A stretch of 64,000 nucleotides of DNA from Syntrophorhabdaceae bacterium (GTDB taxonomy: Bacteria; Desulfobacterota; Syntrophorhabdia; Syntrophorhabdales; Syntrophorhabdaceae): contig OY762209.1 in assembly GCA_963665295.1 (NCBI GenBank), forward strand, positions 4,544,001 to 4,608,000. Reading direction: 5' to 3'. Below are positions 9,394-19,213 of the stretch, one piece after another. Under the pieces are notes generated by a model that saw nothing but the letters and a program-made list of their open reading frames with translations, made no database searches and had not been told where the DNA came from. Made by a program: the position numbers and the translations under genes. Position 1 is the first letter of the stretch. Each line of letters begins with the position of its first letter.

Positions 9394-10101
9394 ATGGATT
9401 TGGGAAACACCTTAAACGGCGCGTTCTTTTTCGGACTCCTCAACATCATCTTCATCAACATCATTCTTTCCGGAGATAACGCAGTGGTAATCGCAATGGC
9501 AGTTCGCTCCCTCGCCCCCAAGCAGCGACAGTGGGGTATCATGTTGGGAACCGCGGGAGCGGTGGTGCTCAGGATTATTCTTACCTTTGTAGCTGCCAAA
9601 CTTCTTGAGGTACCCTTCGTCAAGCTCGCGGGCGGCCTCCTCATCCTCTGGATCGCCTTCAAGCTCCTCCTTCCTGAAGCGGAGGACGAGAGTGTGAAAG
9701 AGGTGAATGGACTTCGTCAGGCCATTATCACCATCCTCATGGCCGACCTCGTGATGAGCCTCGACAATGTGCTGGGAGTCGCGGGAGCAGCGAACGGAAA
9801 TCTCCTGCTTCTCTTTATCGGTCTTGCCACAAGCATCCCCATAGTGGTCTTCGCAAGCAACATCATTACAAAACTGATGGATCGCTTCCCGGTGATCGTG
9901 CTCCTGGGAGCTGCCATCCTGGGAAGGGTGGCGGGAGAGATGGTTATGAGCGATCCCTGGATGGTCCGTTCCGTCTTCCACGGTCATCCCAGCCGCTTGC
10001 TCGACTATGCGGTTCAGCTCGTCCTCGCTGTCGGCGTCGTAGTGGCCGCCAAGGTGTGGGTGAAATGGCGTGTCGCAAAGACCAACCCTGCGGTAGACTG
10101 A
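9394..10101 (+). CDS. TerC-family (YjbE-like) membrane protein
   Basis: LSGDNAVVIA and ADLVMSLDNVL repeated motifs; multiple TM helices. Confidence 0.92.
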   Translation: MDLGNTLNGAFFFGLLNIIFINIILSGDNAVVIAMAVRSLAPKQRQWGIMLGTAGAVVLRIILTFVAAKLLEVPFVKLAGGLLILWIAFKLLLPEAEDESVKEVNGLRQAIITILMADLVMSLDNVLGVAGAANGNLLLLFIGLATSIPIVVFASNIITKLMDRFPVIVLLGAAILGRVAGEMVMSDPWMVRSVFHGHPSRLLDYAVQLVLAVGVVVAAKVWVKWRVAKTNPAVD

Positions 10102-10351
10102 GCACATTCCTTACCGGTGTCCCGCAGGCAAGGTTTCGGACACCGTAGTTTATCGACGTAATTTCCTAGGGACGGCTTGTCCGTCCCTAATTATTGCTCT
10201 ACTTGAATTTTGCAGGTTCACGCCCGGCCGGATACGGCTCACCTCAGCAGTGTAAGCACATATTCACTTCATTTTTTGTCCCTTGAGTCCTTGAATCTCT
10301 TGTTTTCTGAACTATATTTCTATAAAAGACTGAATGATCAAGGAGGCTGCC

Positions 10352-10534
10352 ATGACAAACTTCGAGCTGAATGACGAGGAATCAAAACTGTTGTTGAATG
10401 TACTGGAAAATTACCTCCTCCACCTGGAAGTGGAGATCAACCGCACTCACAGGAGGGAATTCAGGGACGCCCTCAAGGAGAGGGAAAAGTCACTAAAGGC
10501 CGTTATCGACCGGCTGCGTCAGTTATCCAAATAG
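10352..10534 (+). CDS. Small helical hypothetical protein
   Basis: RBS aggagg before ATG 10352; 60 aa with amphipathic helical pattern. Confidence 0.7.
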   Translation: MTNFELNDEESKLLLNVLENYLLHLEVEINRTHRREFRDALKEREKSLKAVIDRLRQLSK

Positions 10535-10647
10535 ACGGCTCCGGGCACATTCACGGTCGGGCTTCTAAAGAGTCGGGTGCCGCTCTTTCTGGTGGCCCCT
10601 CCGGGCAGGGTTTACAGGCACGGATAGAGGATAAGAGGTAGAAGTCT

Positions 10648-11394
10648 TTACTCAGCCTGTTCCGACCACCCCGCAAGGGCCATCACATTCTTTGACAGAA
10701 CGAACTCCTTGTCCTTGTCGGAAATGGGAAGTGCGAGAACCTTGGAGATCTCTCCCTTCATCGTCCCGAAGGGTACATCCGACCCGAAGAGGACCCTTTC
10801 GGGTCCTATGGTTTCAACAAACTTCAATATGGTATCTCTTGATGCAAGGGCGGTATCGAAATAGACCGACCCCCTGTTCTTGAAACATGCGAGGAAATCC
10901 AGTGGGTTGCCGCCAAGCATGCCGAGATGGGGGATAATGAGGGTCATTCCCTCTGCCATATCCACGAACCTCTCCGTAAAGGAAAGCTCCTCCTCGAAAA
11001 TTACGGGCTTTCCCGCCTTATTCAGTTTCCGCACCAGCGCCGGGAGGTTCTTGTCCGCAAGCACATCATAGTTCGAGGCGGAATCCTGCCATCCCCTCAT
11101 CCAGTGCCATTTACCGCCAAAAAAACCGGGGGGCATGGGATTGAACCCCTCGCGATCAAAATCCTCCCTCACATAATGATAGGGTATGAACGTCCCGTCC
11201 TTCGATGCTTCCGCAAGAAGCAGGGTGTTGATCCGGTTGTCCGCTATGGCGGTGGACGGGAAAGGCATTATGACGGTATGGGTCACCCCGGACTCCCTCT
11301 GCTGTCTTTTTAACTCACCTGTCGTCACCACGGAACCGAGAGTGAGGGAAGGTCCCCAATGGGTGTGACTGTCTACTATGCGCTCGAAATCCAT
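10648..11394 (-). CDS. Amidohydrolase-family TIM-barrel protein
   Basis: DSHTH near the N-terminus, IIPHLG, LFGSDVP; start uncertain. Confidence 0.85.
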   Translation of the reverse strand: MDFERIVDSHTHWGPSLTLGSVVTTGELKRQQRESGVTHTVIMPFPSTAIADNRINTLLLAEASKDGTFIPYHYVREDFDREGFNPMPPGFFGGKWHWMRGWQDSASNYDVLADKNLPALVRKLNKAGKPVIFEEELSFTERFVDMAEGMTLIIPHLGMLGGNPLDFLACFKNRGSVYFDTALASRDTILKFVETIGPERVLFGSDVPFGTMKGEISKVLALPISDKDKEFVLSKNVMALAGWSEQAE

Positions 11395-11447
11395 ACTTGA
11401 AAAATCAATATCATAAATGGTATAGAATTGCAAACAGACGCTTTTTT

Positions 11448-11864
11448 ATGACGGATCTTAAAACACCCCTTCTCACCGTGGACGTCATCATCCAATACCA
11501 GGGAGGTATTGTGCTTATAGAACGGAAGAACCACCCTCCGGGCTGGGCGTTGCCGGGAGGGTTTGTCGAGATCGGTGAATCCGTCGAACAAGCGGCGGTT
11601 CGGGAGGCAAAAGAAGAGACCTCCCTCGATGTGAGCCTCTTCGGACAGTTCCATGTCTATTCCGATCCCGGGCGTGACCCAAGGTTTCACACGGTCACCG
11701 TCGTTTTTACGGGGACCGGTGAAGGCTCCCTGAAAGGCCGCGATGACGCGAGACAGGCGGCGGTCTTCACAAAGGAGCACCTCCCTGCCCTTATCGCCTT
11801 TGACCACAGGGAAATACTCTCCGACTACTTTGAATCCCTTGCCGGCGGCAAGAGATCTCTTTAA
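11448..11864 (+). CDS. NUDIX hydrolase
   Basis: Nudix box [33 protein letters not shown]. Confidence 0.92.
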   Translation: MTDLKTPLLTVDVIIQYQGGIVLIERKNHPPGWALPGGFVEIGESVEQAAVREAKEETSLDVSLFGQFHVYSDPGRDPRFHTVTVVFTGTGEGSLKGRDDARQAAVFTKEHLPALIAFDHREILSDYFESLAGGKRSL

Positions 11865-12085
11865 GGGGCCCCGTGTCTCACCGGCTCTACAGGGTTTTCA
11901 GGCAGAGTGTCAGGGATTTTTCCGCGTCTCGCCGCCATCGGTGTCACAAGAGACCGGCCTTCGCGGACAAAATAAAGATTGACATAGTTTGTCCGATATC
12001 AATATATTTTATGCTATACAGTCAGGAGTCGGCGGTTTATTCTTCAATACAATGTGTGAGGCGAATGCAATAAGGCAGGGTACTG

Positions 12086-13732
12086 ATGGCGTCTGTAAAG
12101 CTTGGAGACATCTTAATAGAAAAGGGGCTTATCACCCAGAAACAGCTCAATATCGCTCTGATCCAACAGAGGGTGACCGGGGACCTTCTCGGCGATGTCC
12201 TTGTGAAACTCGGGTTCATATCCTCCAAGGAAAGAACCCAGATACTGGCCGAACAGACAGGCATAGAGTTCTACGACCTGGGGCATCGTCTCGTTGCGGA
12301 AGATGCTCTAAAGGCCGTGCCCAAGGCAGTTGCGGAAAAGAACGAATTCATACCCATTGAAGAAGAGAACGGGAGATTGAGCATAGGCATCACCAACCCG
12401 GGAAACATCCTCGCCATAGACACGGTATCCCGGATTACCAAGAACCAGCCGAAAGTCTACCTGGTTGACAGCGACGCGTACAACGAGGCTGCCGACAGGT
12501 CCTATTTCTTTCTCGAAAATCCCGTGCAAAACAGGATCGACAGCGTCATTCGGGAGGCCCAGACCACGGGTACCATCGGGGGCAACAGCGTGGTCTCCCT
12601 GACCGATACCATCCTTATGGATGGAATACGGCGGAACGCCACTGATATCCACATCAACCCCGCTCAGGATGTGGTCCAGATCTTTTTCAGGATAGACGGC
12701 GTCCTCCAGTTTGCCCACTGTCTCCCCAAGGTTGTCCAGACAGGGGTCGTCTCCCGGATAAAGATCATCTCCCAACTTAACATCGCGGAGACAAGATTGC
12801 CCCAGGACGGCGCGTTTACCTACAACTTCCTGAGCAGGGGTTATGATATACGCGTCTCCACAGCGCCCACCATTTACGGTGAAAATGTAGTAATGAGGAT
12901 ACTCACGGGAAGGGCGTCCTTCCTGCGACTCGAGAAACTCGGTTTTGACTCTCAGAACACCGAAAAGGTGAAGGCACTTTTTCAGAAGCCCTTTGGTATC
13001 ATCCTTGTCACCGGCCCCACGGGAAGCGGAAAGACGACAACCCTCTATGCCGCCCTGAGAGAGGTCAATATCCTCGAAAGAAATGTTCTCACCGTAGAGG
13101 ACCCTGTGGAATACAAGTTGAGCTTCGTGAAGCAGACGCAGGTGAACGAGAAGGCCGGATATGATTTTGCCCTGGCGGGAAGGACTTTTATGAGACAGGA
13201 CCCCGACGTGATCCTCCTGGGCGAGATCCGGGACGAAGAGACTGCGAGGCTCGCCGTGAGGGCCTCCGTCACGGGTCACCTTGTCATAAGCACCCTTCAT
13301 ACCAATGATGCGCTCACGGCGGTCCCCCGCCTTGTGGACCTGGGCGTGGACCGGTTCATGCTCTCCGCCTCCCTTCTCGCCATCATTGCCCAGAGGCTCA
13401 TAAGAAAGACGTGCACCTACTGTAAGACGGAATATGATCTCAGCGACAACGAGATTGCAGCGCTCAGGGAGTATGGAATCGAATCAACCAAAGGCTTTAG
13501 GGGGAAGGGCTGTCCGAAGTGTCAAATGACGGGCTATTCAGGGAGGATAGTCATCGGCGAGATACTCACCGTCACCGACGAAATGAGGGAGTTAATCTAT
13601 TCGTCGGCCTCCACCACGGTAATGAAAGAATGCGCTATAAGAGGGGGAATGCGCCAACTGAAGGAAGACGCATTGATCAAAGCTGCCCAGGGAATCACGA
13701 CGGTCGAGGAGGCCATGAGGGTCGCAGGTTGA
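12086..13732 (+). CDS. GspE/PilB-family secretion/pilus assembly ATPase
   Basis: N-terminal KLGDILIEKGLIT (MshEN-like), Walker A GPTGSGKT, EDPVE, RQDPDVILLGEIRD, GHLVISTLH, tetra-Cys motif. Confidence 0.93.
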   Translation: MASVKLGDILIEKGLITQKQLNIALIQQRVTGDLLGDVLVKLGFISSKERTQILAEQTGIEFYDLGHRLVAEDALKAVPKAVAEKNEFIPIEEENGRLSIGITNPGNILAIDTVSRITKNQPKVYLVDSDAYNEAADRSYFFLENPVQNRIDSVIREAQTTGTIGGNSVVSLTDTILMDGIRRNATDIHINPAQDVVQIFFRIDGVLQFAHCLPKVVQTGVVSRIKIISQLNIAETRLPQDGAFTYNFLSRGYDIRVSTAPTIYGENVVMRILTGRASFLRLEKLGFDSQNTEKVKALFQKPFGIILVTGPTGSGKTTTLYAALREVNILERNVLTVEDPVEYKLSFVKQTQVNEKAGYDFALAGRTFMRQDPDVILLGEIRDEETARLAVRASVTGHLVISTLHTNDALTAVPRLVDLGVDRFMLSASLLAIIAQRLIRKTCTYCKTEYDLSDNEIAALREYGIESTKGFRGKGCPKCQMTGYSGRIVIGEILTVTDEMRELIYSSASTTVMKECAIRGGMRQLKEDALIKAAQGITTVEEAMRVAG

Positions 13733-13786
13733 TTAGATCCGGCACCCCCCTTTTACTGTGAGGACCGGTTGAACGGAATTACCGCG

Positions 13787-14848
13787 TTACTGCAGGAGAA
13801 GGGTTTCGATATATCCGGGCTTCCCGGAAGAATGATCAATTATTTCCTGTATATCCACTAATCCTTTCTTGTACAAAGACAGGAACACCTCGTTCATGGT
13901 GACCATACCCTCCTTACGGAGGTCTTCCATCGCCATGGGTATCTGGTTAAGTTTGTCCTCTCTTATGAGGTTCTGTATCACATTGTTCACTTTCAATATC
14001 TCGCACGCGCATATGAACCCGCTTCTGTCGGCCCTTCTCAGGAGTCTCTGAGAAATCACTGCTTTGAGGGTGTGCGAAATCTGAATCCTCACCTGCTTGC
14101 GCTCACTTTCCGAAAAGTAATCGGCCAGCTTGTTTATGCTCTGCACCACATTCCACGCCCTCAGGGTACAGAAGACCAGGTATCCCGTCTCGGCCGCTTC
14201 GAGGATCATCTTGACCGAGTCCTTGTCTTTCACTCCGTCAACCACCACCACGCCGGGGGTCTGTCTCAGCATGTGCTTCAGGGCATCGGCGACGGAATTG
14301 GTATCCTCCTTTACTTCGCGCTGTGAAATAATGCATTTCTGGGGTTTGTACACGTATTCGATGGGGTCCTCGATAGTCACCACGTGGAGAGGGCGTTCCT
14401 GGTTGATCTGATCCACCATAGACGCCACGGACGTCGATTTTCCACTCTTCGCAGGACCGATAACCAGAACGAGTCCACTCCTCATCCTGGTGAATTCCCT
14501 GAGTTCTTCCGGCAACCCCAACTCCTCCATTCCCGGGATTTTCAAGGGGATCATCCGTATCGAGAAGGCCACGGAATTTCTCTGGAAATAGGCATTGATT
14601 CTGAAACGCGCCTTTGCTTCCAGTTCATAGGCAAAATCAAGCTCTTTTTCGGCGACAAATTTCTGCTTCCTGCCCGTATCCTCCACTACCTCGTCAAGGA
14701 AACTCCTCAATTCGTTTCTGGTCAGAGGCTTATCGTCGAAGAAATGGAGGGCACCGTTGATAATGAAGGAGGGAGGGTTTCCCTCTATGAGATGGAGGTC
14801 GGATGCGTTTCTCTCAATCATGGCATTGAGTATGTCTTTGACGTTCAT
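13787..14848 (-). CDS. PilT/PilU-family retraction ATPase-like protein with degenerate motifs
   Basis: ASDLHL, RFRINAY, TIEDPIE, QREV are conserved; Walker A, Walker B and His-box are altered. Confidence 0.85.
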   Translation of the reverse strand: MNVKDILNAMIERNASDLHLIEGNPPSFIINGALHFFDDKPLTRNELRSFLDEVVEDTGRKQKFVAEKELDFAYELEAKARFRINAYFQRNSVAFSIRMIPLKIPGMEELGLPEELREFTRMRSGLVLVIGPAKSGKSTSVASMVDQINQERPLHVVTIEDPIEYVYKPQKCIISQREVKEDTNSVADALKHMLRQTPGVVVVDGVKDKDSVKMILEAAETGYLVFCTLRAWNVVQSINKLADYFSESERKQVRIQISHTLKAVISQRLLRRADRSGFICACEILKVNNVIQNLIREDKLNQIPMAMEDLRKEGMVTMNEVFLSLYKKGLVDIQEIIDHSSGKPGYIETLLLQ

Positions 14849-14995
14849 TTCTTACCCCGCCTCCTATGCCCAGACATGGCGAATGCGCATATTTTGGTCT
14901 ATTGTGTGCATGAGTTGAGGACGAAAACTCACCCTTTTATAATATGAAAGTATAAAAGAAGCAATTTGGTTTGTCAAAGATTATGTTGCACCAGG

Positions 14996-15023
14996 AAAAA
15001 GGGCATCTCCTTCCGGAGTGCCC
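14996..15023 (-). terminator. Intrinsic terminator after aspC
   Basis: GGGCA-CTCC…GGAG-TGCCC stem with A5 upstream on + (U-tract on minus). Confidence 0.7.
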
Positions 15024-15078
15024 CTGAATATTCCCTTTCAATTTCTCTCAACCGTTCGTTTTTACGGGCAACCCCGCA

Positions 15079-16269
15079 TTAGCTTAACGTACTCAGGGCC
15101 TCTTTGATTCTCTTGAATCCCTTCTCAATCACCTCCATGGAGGTGGCAAATGAGAGCCTGAGATATCCTTCCTTGCCGAATTCAACCCCCGGCACCACGG
15201 CGGTGTGGAATTCCTCAAGAAGAAGGGCGGTCAAGGCTGTGGAGGTCTCTATCTTTTTGCCCTTATAGGTTTTTCCAAGCACCGCGTTGAAGTTCGGGAA
15301 TACATAAAACGCCCCTGCGGGATTGTAGCAACTGATTCCTTCCAGGCTCCTGAAACCCGACACGAGGAAATCCCTTCTCTTCTTGAACTGCTCGAGCATC
15401 ATCCCGATACTGTCCTGCGGCCCGCTAAGCGCCGCTACGGCGGCCTTCTGCGAGATGGAGGTAGGATTGGATGTACTCTGGCTCTGTATGTTCGACATGG
15501 CGCTGATAATCTCTCTCGACCCTGCAGTGAACCCTATGCGCCATCCTGTCATGGAGTACGTTTTTGACACCCCGTGAGCGATGATAGTCCTGTCCTTGAA
15601 CGATTTGTCCAGAGACGCGATGCTCGTGTGCACATATTCGTCGTAGGCAAGTTTCTCATATATCTCGTCCGATATTATGTAGAATCCTTTCTCTACCGCC
15701 AACTTCCCTATTTCCTCAAGGTTCTTGAGGTCATAGATGGATCCGACCGGATTCGACGGGTAGTTGAGGATGATCGCCTTGGTCTTCGGGGTTATGTGAC
15801 GCTTCAGCAACTCCCCCGTCACCTGATAGTTCTCTGCTTCCTCGGTCTCCACGAATACCGGCGTGGCCCCGGCGAGTTCAACCATAGAGGGATAAGAGAC
15901 CCAGTAAGGAACCGGGATCAACACCTCGTCTCCTTCCTGAAAGATAGCCTGGAAAAGGTTATAGAGGGAGTGCTTCCCCCCGCAGGAGACCATGACCTCT
16001 TCCCGTCCATAGTCGAGGCCGTTATCCCTCCTGAACTTCTCGATTATGGCGTCCTTCAGCTGGTCGATGCCGCCTACCGGTGTATATTTCGTGAAACCCT
16101 GGTTGATCGCGTCGATGGCAGCCTTTTTGATGTGCTCCGGTGTATCGAAGTCGGGTTCGCCCGCCCCGAATCCCGCGATATCGATCCCCTGGGCTTTCAA
16201 AGCCTTTTCCTTGGCGCTGATGGCAAGTGTCGGGGAAGGTTTCAATGCCTGGGCTCTCTTTGATAGCAT
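15079..16269 (-). CDS. aspC: Aspartate aminotransferase (class I PLP-dependent)
   Basis: GAGEPDFDTP, PSNPVG, SDEIY, SKTYSMTGWRIG. Confidence 0.92.
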   Translation of the reverse strand: MLSKRAQALKPSPTLAISAKEKALKAQGIDIAGFGAGEPDFDTPEHIKKAAIDAINQGFTKYTPVGGIDQLKDAIIEKFRRDNGLDYGREEVMVSCGGKHSLYNLFQAIFQEGDEVLIPVPYWVSYPSMVELAGATPVFVETEEAENYQVTGELLKRHITPKTKAIILNYPSNPVGSIYDLKNLEEIGKLAVEKGFYIISDEIYEKLAYDEYVHTSIASLDKSFKDRTIIAHGVSKTYSMTGWRIGFTAGSREIISAMSNIQSQSTSNPTSISQKAAVAALSGPQDSIGMMLEQFKKRRDFLVSGFRSLEGISCYNPAGAFYVFPNFNAVLGKTYKGKKIETSTALTALLLEEFHTAVVPGVEFGKEGYLRLSFATSMEVIEKGFKRIKEALSTLS

Positions 16270-16309
16270 ATTAAAACTCCTTTGTTTTAATTGATGGTCT
16301 CTTTCACTG

Positions 16310-16500
16310 TTGTCCTGGAGAATCGGCTCGAAAAGACTCCCCTACAGGGGGTTTCGGCGCCCTCTCCGCATTCTCCTATGCCTCGCTCTCGCGGCAGATA
16401 CTTCTGTCCCGCTTGTATGGCCCCACAGTCTATCTACGGAGGTTCCGTTTCTGCTGTTATTTGATCCGATCCTGTCTCCGACAATCCGGATTAGCCGAGG
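16310..16500 (-). promoter_or_regulatory. Structured 5' leader of aspC, possibly a pan-type cis-regulatory RNA
   Basis: Minus strand forms two hairpins, each with GACAG in the 3' arm, and a long GGAGAAU…AUUCUCC stem; resemblance to the pan motif is from recall. Confidence 0.45.
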
Positions 16501-16634
16501 ATATTCTTTACAATATCAGGTGATCTGTTGTCAATCAAAATGTGTGAATGGTTGACAGCCTCCCGGAAGACGTTTCCTCGGCCATGGGGGCCGGTTCGGA
16601 GCCGGCAAACAGAACTGGTTGAGATTACAAACTC

Positions 16635-18020
16635 TTAGGATGATATGGGGTTTGCATATACCGCAATTCGCCGGGTTGTCTCTCCGGTCGCTTTATACCG
16701 GTCGTCGATCCTGTGACCGATTACCCATATAATATCGTTGCCTGACATGAGCAACGGGATGTGTCTCCTTTCTTCTCTCGGTATCTTGCGGGAGATAAAA
16801 AAATCCTTCAACTTTACCGACGCCCTCATGCCGAGGGGGACGAATCTGTCCCCTTCACGAAAAATCCTCACGCTGAGTGTCCCGATCTTCTCTTCGTCAA
16901 AAAAGGCCGAGTCGGGACCCGGGGCGAGTGCCGGACCATCACACGCGCCCGGCGACGACACTACCTGGAGATTCAGACAAAATTCCTCCAGCCTGTTCGT
17001 TCCCCGGGAAACAGGGAAGGTCTCCAGGGAAGGAGCACGAGGGGATTTCTCCGTGACTGTAAGGATCCCATAGGTTTTCCTGATTCTCAGGCCATGGGGC
17101 AGCGCCGTGGACAAATTCGGCCTCGCCCCTCCTATCACATTGTCGATCTGGCGCATATGCTCCCTGAGCGGAATAAATCCCGGCTCCACGCGGCCGAGGA
17201 TGCCGGCCATCACCCTGAAGCGCGTCTCGTCATCGAGAACCTTCAGTTCTTTGACAGGAAGAGATGCATCACCCCTTTCCCACTTCACGAAAGCGCCCGC
17301 AAAATCCTCCGCTTTGGCATCGAATACCCGGTTTACCGCCGTAAGGTCCTTAAGGAGCAGTAATATCTTCTCCCTGAAGGCGGGGTTCAGCTTCTCCATC
17401 CATGGGGTTATCTGTTTTCTGATAAAATTTCTCTCGTACACTATCTTTTCATTGGACGAGTCATTTACGAAGGGAATGGACTGAATGCGCGCATGTTCCT
17501 CTATGTCGGTTCTCCTGACGCCGAGAAAGGGCCTCACAATGTTATCCCTCTTTACGGGGATTGCCGACAGCCCCCTCATGCCTGTACCCTTCAACATGCG
17601 CAGGATAAAGGTTTCCACCTGGTCATCGAGGATATGGGCAACCCCTATTTTCTGGAAGCCATGGCGGGTTGCGGTCTCCCTGAAAAACCCGTACCTCACA
17701 TCCCTGCCCGCGTGTTGCAAAGATTTACCCGAATCACGGGCCTCTTTTCTCACGTCCACCCTTGCAACATAACAGGGCAAGGCAAAGGTCCGGCCCAGGC
17801 TCCTCACAAACTCCTCGTCTCTCTCGGACTCTTCGCCTCTCAGAAGGTGATTGATATGGGCTATGCCCACGTCGAAGGAAAGCGCGGTCCTGAGATCACA
17901 CAGCACGTGGAGCAGCACCGTTGAGTCTATCCCGCCCGACAGGCCGAGCAGTATCCTCTCGGACGGCTCGATCAGCCTTTCCTGCTCTATGACGTCCCTG
18001 ATCCTGGAAACGAAATTCAT
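16635..18020 (-). CDS. tilS: tRNA(Ile)-lysidine synthetase
   Basis: LSGGIDS PP-loop, HINHLLRG, DQVETF, ERNFIR, C-terminal TilS domain; real start judged to be MNFVSR at 18020. Confidence 0.93.
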   Translation of the reverse strand: MNFVSRIRDVIEQERLIEPSERILLGLSGGIDSTVLLHVLCDLRTALSFDVGIAHINHLLRGEESERDEEFVRSLGRTFALPCYVARVDVRKEARDSGKSLQHAGRDVRYGFFRETATRHGFQKIGVAHILDDQVETFILRMLKGTGMRGLSAIPVKRDNIVRPFLGVRRTDIEEHARIQSIPFVNDSSNEKIVYERNFIRKQITPWMEKLNPAFREKILLLLKDLTAVNRVFDAKAEDFAGAFVKWERGDASLPVKELKVLDDETRFRVMAGILGRVEPGFIPLREHMRQIDNVIGGARPNLSTALPHGLRIRKTYGILTVTEKSPRAPSLETFPVSRGTNRLEEFCLNLQVVSSPGACDGPALAPGPDSAFFDEEKIGTLSVRIFREGDRFVPLGMRASVKLKDFFISRKIPREERRHIPLLMSGNDIIWVIGHRIDDRYKATGETTRRIAVYANPISS

Positions 18021-18093
18021 GGGAAAAACACGAGGCCGGCGGATATGACGGAAGCGGTCTCCATCCGTCCCTACCTTGACCGTAAGGCTTTCA

Positions 18094-18315
18094 TTATGAA
18101 CAGGACGAACAATTCGACGAACCGCAACCGGCGCAGCCAGACCCGGAGCTCGGTCCGGACGATTTTGATTTGTATCCCGTGGAAAACCCGAAGGTGGACA
18201 TCTTTCTTGTGGGCTCCTTATCTCCGCAAGCCGGACACTCCGGCGTATCGTCCCTGAACACGATGAGCTCGAATTCATTCCCACATTTTTCGCATCTATA
18301 CTCATATATGGGCAT
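18094..18315 (-). CDS. FmdB-family zinc-ribbon protein
   Basis: MPIYEYRCEKCG…CPACG and Cys-rich tail. Confidence 0.9.
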   Translation of the reverse strand: MPIYEYRCEKCGNEFELIVFRDDTPECPACGDKEPTRKMSTFGFSTGYKSKSSGPSSGSGCAGCGSSNCSSCS

Positions 18316-19213
18316 TATTACCCTCCCTGCGTTTGCGCACTACCTTCATCTCCTTTGAAAGATCCTGTATCAGGTCGTTCAATGATTCCCTGTAATTCGC
18401 CCCGTCACTGTCGCCGACCGCCGCGAGCGCCTTCTCGGCATACTCCTCGGCTCTGGACAGGCGGTTCTTGAAATAGAAATAATAGGCAGACGTGTAGAGA
18501 TACAGGAATAGGGCCAATTTGTTGTTACCGTCGAGACGGCCTACCCTCTGAAACAACGTCCGGGCGAGACTGTAATACTCGCTTTCGAGATAACTCTGGG
18601 CCGCCTTGAACATGAGCAATGACCGCCCGTCCCTGTACATATCCGCCAGAAGCCCGTCAAGCCCCTTTTTCCCGAATATCCGCACAAGGGTCTTCTCGTT
18701 CTCGAAAATAAACCGGGGAATAAGATAATTGGTCTTATAGAGCTTTATGAGGTCTTTCAATTGTTCCGCAAGCTCTCCGGACAGGATCTTTATCTCCCTC
18801 AAACCCTCATTCATTCTCTTTTCGGCTTTGTTGATCAGGACACCGATCTCATGGACAATCTTCTTTTCAAGGCTGGTAAGCTCGTGAGAGCCCAGATCGT
18901 GCTTGGGTTTGTAATACTCTATCTGATAAAGGTTCTCTCTCAGCTTCATGCCTTCATGAAAGATATACCCTACCGTTATGTCATAAAGCTTCTCCTTGTA
19001 ACTCGCGTCGCTGGAGCTTCTAAAAAGGTCGTGACACATCTCTTTCAGCCTGAAAAGGCAGCTCTTGCCCCTGTCATCGACAAAGTCCTCGATATTCGCG
19101 AAACACAGTTCCCTTGCCCTGAAAAGGTCGCGGCATTCCTCACATTTCAAAAATACGCAGATAGACTCCTTGATGAGGTCAATCTGTCGTTTCTCTAAGT
19201 TTGTTCTGTTCAT
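18302..19213 (-). CDS. Hypothetical protein with helical-repeat (TPR-like) C-terminus
   Basis: 303-aa ORF overlapping ftsH and the FmdB-family gene; RBS aaggag. Confidence 0.75.
   Translation of the reverse strand: MNRTNLEKRQIDLIKESICVFLKCEECRDLFRARELCFANIEDFVDDRGKSCLFRLKEMCHDLFRSSSDASYKEKLYDITVGYIFHEGMKLRENLYQIEYYKPKHDLGSHELTSLEKKIVHEIGVLINKAEKRMNEGLREIKILSGELAEQLKDLIKLYKTNYLIPRFIFENEKTLVRIFGKKGLDGLLADMYRDGRSLLMFKAAQSYLESEYYSLARTLFQRVGRLDGNNKLALFLYLYTSAYYFYFKNRLSRAEEYAEKALAAVGDSDGANYRESLNDLIQDLSKEMKVVRKRREGNNAHI

Noticed and set aside
10110..10195. REP-like or CRISPR repeats (GGTGTCC/GGACACC and TAGGGACGG/CCGTCCCTA hairpins)
   Set aside because: Only two dissimilar hairpins, with no repeat-spacer periodicity and no associated cas or RAYT gene.
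18021..18305. 95-aa N-terminal extension of TilS in the ORF track
   Set aside because: Overlaps the FmdB-family gene in another frame; TilS similarity starts at MNFVSR (18020).
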